Both the position numbers and the translations under genes were made by a program. Of a stretch of DNA of 41,802 bases, positions 33,461 through 41,802 are shown piece after piece. How positions within the stretch are numbered: the stretch's first letter is position 1; each line of letters opens with the position of its first letter. This DNA is from Octopus bimaculoides (lineage: Eukaryota), in contig NC_068986.1 in NCBI RefSeq assembly GCF_001194135.2, positions 71,471,877 to 71,513,678 of the forward strand. Reading direction: 5' to 3'. The notes under the pieces are model-generated. The model was not told where the DNA came from and did not search any database. It saw nothing but the letters and a program-made list of their open reading frames with translations.

Positions 33461-35845
33461 CTGATGACAAACAAATACCTACGTGCGCGCGCATACACAC
33501 ATATACACACACTTACATGCACACACACATACACTTGCACACTCACACACATAGACACAGACAGACACACAGATACACACACACACGTACACACACACAC
33601 GTATATACCAATCGCCAGCTTGTCATATATAATGGCGTTACCCTGGGTGTCCGTACTGGTCAGTCCAAGACGATAATTGCAGATATTTGTCCTAAGTTTC
33701 GTCTGACGAGACTATCCTAGTAGGCGCTTGTTCGTGGTCTCGTATGGAGGCATCGAACACGAATCCAAAGCGCTTTAAAGTGAACCGGTTAACCATAAAG
33801 CCATGTCACAGTGTGCGTAAACGTACACTTTTGCATCATGATTTGCTATTTTGGCTGCAGCGCATAGCAATGTAATATTTCAGTCACCAACTGACGCATA
33901 CTTACACACTCATACGTATCCACCACTCCACACAAATCACACAGGTTTCTTGATTTCTGCCAGGAAATATTGAGCTCAGTAGTTTATGAAGGATAAGACG
34001 AGACCGAAACGGTCTTGCCTTTCTAAGTATATTTAATAGCCTAAGGTTTGTATTGAATGGCTTCGAAACCAGGTTACTGATTCAACTATCCGGAAGCTTA
34101 CTTTTTCAATTATAAGATCACCATATAAACATACACACAGAGAAACACGCTTGCAAAGAGACACAGATACACGCATACACATACGCATAAACAGCAACAA
34201 CAGAAATACGGCTTATGTAGCGATAAATGTTCAGAATGTGTATTTTTATCCATTTTCTTGAAAAGGAAATATTTTTGATCGATTGGTTTAAAGGTGCGTG
34301 CTGCAATAAATCGATATTAGCAGTACGATGTCGATGGTGATGACATTAATAACAACAACTGCAAAATAATGATGATAACATCCTTGAAAATATGATTTCT
34401 ATTTCATTACACTTCAGTGACATTGAAATAACTTGATTGATAACGAAGAGTTAGGTTAATTCATCTTCACATTAATACTAGAACGATATTTGAACTCTAT
34501 TTATTTTGTTAAGGAGTTGAATGTTTTGATTTTCTTAGTTTTGATGTGTGTTGCCCAGCAACATATTTGTTTATAAAGATCAATAGATAGAAGAGATGTC
34601 TGTAAAGAATAGCAGACAATATTGAAAATATTCTCTCATCAGATTTCTTGCTGATTTTTAAGATTTATTTTCGCTTTTTTTTCTATATTTTTCTTTTTTA
34701 CTGGGTCTCATCTTCAGTTGGGTACCATAAATCATGTATGCAATATTTTCTGATGAAATTACTACTTACGCACATAATCCGACGTATGGCTGCCAAGAGA
34801 GTATAAAAGAAATTCACACAATTTTTAATTTAGATTATACAGAACCAGAAATAGTGATGATGGAGGATAGTATTATTTTAATATTCTACGCATCAAATTG
34901 ATTCAAGTTTCTAATTGGAAATATTCCCAAATTGCAAGCGACTATGAAATAAATATTTTATCGCAGAATATTTCCAACTTAAATAAATTTCATCCATTTT
35001 GATTCTTTTGACGAAATTCATTCATTTCAAACTTTAGAACTGAAGTAACATTTAGAGCTAGAATCAAATCCCGTTTGTCAAATTCTATAATTCAATAGAA
35101 TTATAGAATTTAATAAATTAACGGATTCTTTTCAATATTGGCAACAGACACTCAGTTTTCCTTTGTATTCTTTTATGATCGATTTAACTTCAAGTAATGT
35201 AGTGAAGTCCATTGTGGGACAGTTCTAGTTTTTTTTCTCCAAATCTTTAACCAAACCTTTGTGAGAAAAACACGAACTTAATAACCTTAGTTTCTCCTAG
35301 AAATCTCAAGTTTACCGCAAAAGCAAAATATAACGCTTGAATAACAGATTATTCTAGTATTTTATTCAAGAGAATAATTCTCAGTGGAAATTCTAAAATA
35401 TAATTATTAGTTTTACTTTAAGATTAAAAAGATGAATCGAAAGGAAAACATGAATTAATAAATTGAATACTATAAAGCTTACTACAAAGCTTCATCTCCT
35501 AAACATTTTGGAAACCTTAAGATCTTGCGATAATCCACCATAAAATGTCAAGCTTAAGCTGCCAGTTTATGAATAGGCTTTGTTACATCTGATATCAGGT
35601 CAATACTGTCCAACGTCGTATGCTCACGATTTGAATAAATGAATAACTAACATTTTAAAGAAAAAAGTCTCTCTATAGTGTCTATAAAATCTTTCAATTA
35701 TTTCGAGGACAAGAGGGATATGGAAGGATTGAATTAAGGTTAGAAGAAACACTATAGAATTGAAACGAAGTGAAGAGAGACAAAAGATAGGTTATCGAAA
35801 TGGGTGAAAAAAATCTTGACCCATTCCTTCGTAAAATTTAATAAT

Positions 35846-36066
35846 AAGGCCCTAAGCTGGCAAAATTGTTAGCGTGCAGAGCAGAATGCTAAGCGGCATT
35901 TCGTCTGCCTTTACGCTTTGGGTTCAGACGCTACCGGGGCCAACTTTGCTTTGCATCAAATAAAATAAGTACCTATATAATAAATACTAGTTGAGCACCA
36001 GGGTCGATGTAATCGACTTACTCCTCTCCGAAATTGCTGGTCTTGTGCCAAAATTTGAAACCAATA
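35846..36066 (+). mobile_element. SINE family A, older copy with probable 11-bp TSD
   Basis: Family A head, core and tail; ttaataataag at 35838-35848 and 36068-36078. Confidence 0.8.
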
Positions 36067-36970
36067 CTTAATAATAAGAATAAAACGGGACAGAATTTGT
36101 AACAACTAGCAGAAAACCATTGTAATGCTATCTTCGAATGATTGGATTTTGTCTAAACGAAAAGTATCGTAATTATACCTTCCCAAATGTTATCCCTTAT
36201 CACGTTGATAAGGACTGAAAGATGACACCAACAATAAAATATAGTCAGTTTTAAAAGTTTGGCGCATTCTGTGTGAGGATTTTGTACAATATGCATATTG
36301 CTAAACCTTACACGCAATATTTTATGCCAAATGTTATTACCCTAGCTTTTGATAATCTTCTATATTTGCTTCTTGTATATCTATGTTTCTAAATGAGAGA
36401 ATTTTTTAGTAGTCATGAATAATAATGCTAGAAATCTCATATCCTTTATATTTACTCAAGGTATCATCAGCACACGCTCCGATTGGACAAAGAACACAAA
36501 TGATTCTGTAAAAATCGTGTAACTCAATTAGATATCGGGAATTGAAAGATATCATTAATATGTCAGCCAGTAAAAAGAGGACAACAGTACCGATTAATCT
36601 TTATTACTGATAACGATTACTTGGTCTCTATATTTACTATTAAGTAGCGCAGTTATAATTTGCTACTGCAATGAATAATAATCACAAATGAAATCGGTAT
36701 ACTGACAGACCAAGTGTAAATATTTTATCAACGGTTATAAACAGTCGAACAACAGTTGACACAAGTCAACTAGCAACGAATTACTCACATTTAGAGGACG
36801 AACATTTTGAAAGTTACGTAAGTAAAATAACAAGAAAAAGAAACATCCGAAAGATAGTAAAATAATACTAAACGTTATATTCATGTATTTGACACAGAAA
36901 GTAACAACATTACTACTGACGAGTACTGTTGGTAACTCTATAATCAATTTACGTATTAAAGTGGCATTTA

Positions 36971-37287
36971 TATTAGCTCGTTCGATACTCGTCGCGAAGG
37001 AAACGGCAAAATAGAAAACTTGATCTTTTGATAGCTTTTCTATCCAAATGGATTTTTAAACCTAATATTTATAGGCTATTATTTATAACCTTATATGTAC
37101 TCCGAGATTCAATTCCAAAATGAATTATGACATATATTTTTTTCCTGGAATAAATTCATTGGCTTTGTTTAATTTCATTTCTTCAAATTAATTATTTGAA
37201 ATCATCTTCATCTGAGAAAAGCGTGTTCCGTGTGACGGATGGGTGGACGGACGGACAGAGCAACATGCCCCTTACTAAAATATAGAT
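36971..37287 (+). mobile_element. Possible non-autonomous Helitron/Helentron (HINE-like) element
   Basis: Starts tattagct..., contains gagaaaagcgtg followed by a (GACG/GACA) repeat and ends tatagat, a layout typical of DINE-1/Lep1-like elements. Confidence 0.38.
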
Positions 37288-37503
37288 TAAATTAATATTA
37301 AAATATTTAATGCAGTGATCATTAAAAATTCAATTACAACTAATTATACAATAATGGAAACAAATTTTTAGTCAATAATTAATGTTATTTTTATAATTCT
37401 AGAAAACTCTGGAGACAAGTCCAAACATGATTTGGTTATTATTAGTCATCATCACGAAAGCATTAGCTTTACTACAGTATGTACCAACTTAATGATGACA
37501 GTA

Positions 37504-37890
37504 TTCTTTTAGTCTTTTATTCTTTTACTTGTTTCAGTCATTTGACTGTGGCCATCTTGGAGTACCGCCTTGAAGGAGTTTTAGTTGAACATAACAACCC
37601 CAGGACTTATTTTTAAAGCCTATTTCTTATTCTATTGGTTTTTTGCTGAACCACTCGGTTACGGGGACCCAAATACACCAGCACCGGTTGTTAAACGGTG
37701 ATAGGAGGACAAACAGAAACACGCGTGCGTGCGCGCGCACGCACACATATACGACGAGCTTCTTTCAGTTTTCGTCTACGAAATCCACTCACCCGAGGCT
37801 ATAGTGGACGACATTTGCCCAAGGTGCTACGCAGTGGGACTGAACCCAGAACCAAGTGGTTGGGAAGTAAGTTTATTACCACACAGCCAG
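37504..37890 (-). mobile_element. tRNA-derived SINE family B with CORE-like segment
   Basis: tggctgtgtggtaataaactt...gggttcagtcccactgcg (A/B boxes), ccttgggcaaatgtcgtccactatagcc (CORE-like), internal GT/GC repeat, tail gactgaaacaagtaaaagaataaaaga. Confidence 0.85.
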
Positions 37891-39039
37891 TGTAGCGGTC
37901 TTTTGAATACAAACGTTTCTACATTTAGTTTAAACTGAAGATTATCCTGTTCGTATCGATCTTGGATTATGTGCATATGAACGAATTAGTCACTTGAGGA
38001 TGATCGGAGATGAAAATGACCAAAATATAGTGTGCATATAAATACTTTAGATATATACTCTAAGGAAAGAATTAATAGACTGGAATATTATAATTTAAAT
38101 GCTGCAGTTCGCATGACCAATGACTCAGTAGTTTGTTATCGGTATTGTATGAAATAATTGGTAAAAATGCGTAATTTTCGGGACATTGTTACAGAAACAG
38201 TAAATTGAATGCAAAGTAAATTTCACATGGTTTCTTATTTTGCACGACCGTGATCGTATCATTCGATGGGGAATGTTATTTCTCAAACTGTTTTCCCAAA
38301 AATTTACTATAGAGCCATGGATGTTTTATCTTCAATAATGAAGAGAGTGACTAGCATAAGCAGTAGAACCATAATCAATATGCCGTGGTTTTTCTTTAAG
38401 ATTTAAAGTTAAGATCTATCTTGTACTTATTTAAAGGAATAATAATAAAATAAGTACCAGTTATATACCGAGGCCCTGTCAGAGTGGCACATCACTATTT
38501 TCAACAACATAAACTCGCTTCGTTTATGTCTGCTATCGTTTATCCATACACTCTCTTTTCCTTTAGTAATTTCATTTAATTCCCTCCTTCTTATACTACA
38601 AATAAAATTAATTGCCTATTTCGACTTTTCGTTTACATCAGTATGTTTGTTCCTTCACACTAATTTCGTTAAAAGAGAAAATCCGATATTTGATTCGAGT
38701 TGAAATCAAGATGTAATCAGCACAGAGATAATATCACGATTTTATTGTTAATTTCCGTCACTGATATTTCCAACGATTATCATAGTATAGGCGAAGAAGG
38801 CTTTCAGCTTAGTAGACCGACGAAAGAATTTATGAACCAAAATTAAATTTCAAGTGTGAATAGATAACTACTGAATGATCAGTAATGTGTCTGGTAAATT
38901 TGATTGGATCTTGTCTCTGACTACAGCGCATCTAAATGTTATTTGTAAGCTATGCATAAAATAAAACCCTGTTTCCAACGCCGGCAGCATTTAAAGCTCA
39001 CTCTTGATCTAATCATGGTGACCTTGCGTGACTGATTCA

Positions 39040-39300
39040 GAAAATGATGCATCAATTTGAAGATGAAAATAAAGTTGATGTCATGCTGATTTATGAGCGA
39101 ACCAAACGACGGAGATATGATGGCAAATACTTCAGAGATGCAATCAATACAAGTGACTTGCCATGTTCTTTATAGGAATAACGAAAATTTAGTTCGGAAA
39201 ATTTATGAATGCCTTATATGTAACAGCTAAATCATTTTCATGGATGGTTTCTCTTCTGGAGAACAAAGAAGAGCTAGTAAACGATGCGCTGTTGGTATAT
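39040..39300 (+). mobile_element. Possible Tc1/mariner-group transposase N-terminal relic
   Basis: FEDENKVDVMLIY resembles the F...EKVDMLLIYG start of DUF4817-type transposases; nothing more is recognisable. Confidence 0.28.
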
Positions 39301-40419
39301 CTCACTGGATTTAATTATAGTTCTTTGTAAAATATCATTAATATAACTATTATTATTTCTGAGGCAATTTTCATTGCCATTATTCTCGCTGATTTTCAGT
39401 TTTTACGAGTAAGCATAAACCATGACCCGTTGCAATAACACAGCGGTCGAATAGCTAGTTTTTAGAGTGCTTTGTATATTGTTAGCATACTATTATAGAA
39501 AAACATGAAAGACACTTGCTTGAAAATTACTTCAGATATGATGGTATCTATATTAGAGAAGAACAATGCGCTATGTCACAGTATACAAAATATATCCAAT
39601 AAGAGTGGGTAGCATATCGATTAAAGATGTGTACCAAACACAGACAAAATAAAATGGCGTGTAATAGGCTTATTCTATGCGTATTATCAAATTTTGATGA
39701 TAAAATGGATGAGATGCGCAGTACAATATTTGGCACTCTGAAAATAACGTTATGAAATACATTTGTAAGAAAATACAACGAATATATGACAACAATAAAA
39801 ATAGTAAATAAAGTTATTGCAAGGAATTTCATCATGTTTTTCTCCACAAGTTTTCTTTCATTTCATACTGACACCTTCATATATATTGCTATTTAAATAT
39901 TCAGAACTGTGAAATCTTGTGATGAATAAGCTATGCAATAGAAGTCATGGTAGAAGCAAACTGCTTTATAACAGAAAAGACTATCGAACAATTATATTCA
40001 ATGTCTTTGTGAGAATATGTTATGGATTACGCTTAGAGCTATGTCAAAGACTTGGGACTATCTCTCAATACAATGAATTATCAACCAAGGTTTCTTTCAA
40101 AGATTTGTGACATGTGTATCATATACTCATATAGTTTTCAGTTCTGCTTCTTATTCTATTTAGTATTTAACAAATGACAGTTTCATGAATTCCATTCATT
40201 ATAGAAGAGATAATATTTTCAGTGTCTTCAACAGCAATATTTATATTCTAAGATTTAACAAAACTCCGTTAAAAGGACAATTAGTAACCAAAAAGTACTA
40301 ATCAAGAAATTCTAAGCACAGTTGTTACTAAATATGTTCATACTAATATAACCTTGTGCTACTGCATTATATAACTCACATTATATTTATTACAAGTTAT
40401 TTGATCATCCTTAACCTCT

Positions 40420-40548
40420 AAGGTCGACTTTGTTTTTCATCCTATCATAGTCGATAAAATAAATGCCAATTGAGCACTGGGGTCGATGTAATCGACTAGC
40501 CTCCTCCTCATAAAATTACAAGTCTTATGCTTGTAGTAGAAATGATTA
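40420..40548 (+). mobile_element. 3' half of SINE family A
   Basis: aaggtcgactttgtttttcatcct...gtcgataaaataaatgcca...gcactggggtcgatgtaatcgact. Confidence 0.8.
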
Positions 40549-41699
40549 TAATGAAATATGTTCATCATTCACCTCATCGCTCTAACTATTTTTACCTGTT
40601 AACTTCTGTCTATTAGACCTACTTTCCTCTCCAAACCATTATCGCAAAATGTCAAATTTAAAACTCCATACTTCATATGAAGCACACCAGTTCCACTCAT
40701 CCTTCTATTACTTCCAATATAAAATATTTTCAAATAGCTATAAACAATCTGACATTTTCCATAGCCAGTAGAAGCTCTCTGTTATAACGATTGAAAAATT
40801 TACAGTGATATATAGAAAGCAGTTAGACGATTTATACCACTTTGATACGCCCAATAAATAGCATAATAATTATTGATTCGGTTGTCGTTTATTGTCACTT
40901 ATCTTGAAATAAAGAAGATAATAGAATACATTTAAGTACTTTAAATTAGATGTTTTTCTTTTTACTTTATGCAAGTTATTGATTTTCAGACATCTAAGGG
41001 ATGTGAACTGTTCGAAAACAACATTTATTTTTCCCAATATACTCTTTAGATAATATTTTCTCAGCTTTTTGTTTACTATGACAAAAATCTTTCTATGAAA
41101 CAGAGTGTATTTCTAAGTTTTGACTTATACTCAATTATCTGCAAGAAATGAATAATTTTAGTTGAATCACATATATGCTTATTCTCTACAAAATAATTTA
41201 TGTTGTGAAATATTCATTAACTTATAAACTTTATACAATACATTTTCAAACTTTCCATTCAGGAATAAAGATATATTAATTAAAAGATTTTACCATTGTT
41301 ACATGTAGCTCCTTTCATCATTAATCTTACAGTCGTTAACAGAGCAATATTTCACATCTCTTGCATGACATAACTTTAATTAAGCACAGCAAGGAATAAA
41401 CGATTCCCTTCAGTTGAGTGGGTCGGGGCAGGCATAATGGTGCAATGTAATATAATTCGTTCACTCAGTTTCAATCGTCTATAATGATCCGAAACTCATC
41501 CGAATACACTTTAGACAGATTTTCCGCATTCAATCAATAACTGGTCCTGGCGGAAGAAAATCATTTAGTGTGATTTACAGTAAATATTGGAATAGTCTTG
41601 AGTATACAACAGAATGCTGTATATATTTATAACTTGAAACAAATGAATACGATATATTAAATAAAAGAAAATAACAGAGGCCAGCAGAGCATATAAATA

Positions 41700-41713
41700 T
41701 CTATATGTGTGTG

Positions 41714-41802
<89 letters not shown>
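41700..41802. repeat. (TG)-(CT)n-(AT)n compound microsatellite
   Basis: Directly visible. Confidence 0.96.

Noticed and set aside
33905-33955. 51-nt AG/GT-bounded open segment (KSRNLCDLCGVVDTYEC)
   Set aside because: Looks like decayed SINE/GT-repeat sequence and is phase-incompatible with the 33460 exon.
41480-41560. Minus-strand VYSDEFRIIIDD resembling a Tc1 first-aspartate motif
   Set aside because: Isolated short match with no other transposase motifs or TIRs.

Overview
Repeat-dominated, AT-rich eukaryotic (not prokaryotic) scaffold segment with three N-gaps (2840-3404, 8643-9095, 32159-32218). The tRNA-derived SINE families and very dense di/trinucleotide microsatellites point to an octopod cephalopod (Octopus; inference from recognising the SINEs by eye). 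No intact protein-coding gene can be identified, and most long ORFs in the supplied track are microsatellite or antisense-to-retroelement artefacts. Supported content: (i) five relics of R4/Dong-clade non-LTR retrotransposons, four of them abutting (TAA)n arrays; (ii) a cluster of four L1/Tx1-like LINE relics; (iii) an internally deleted RTE LINE; (iv) a truncated Tc1/mariner copy with DD36E catalytic spacing and one TIR; (v) a TA-flanked pogo/Tigger-like MITE; (vi) about 11 SINE copies from three families, one nested in another with a 14-bp TSD; (vii) Penelope-like fragments with hammerhead-like cores. Unexplained signals are a pre-miRNA-like hairpin (13564-13630) and several splice-site-bounded open segments that could be exons of a large intron-rich host gene. 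I found no convincing new multi-gene system. The most interesting items are the microsatellite-targeted retroelement stack, the DD36E transposon, the ribozyme-like motifs and the hairpin. All family assignments were made by manual translation and motif recall, without database searches.
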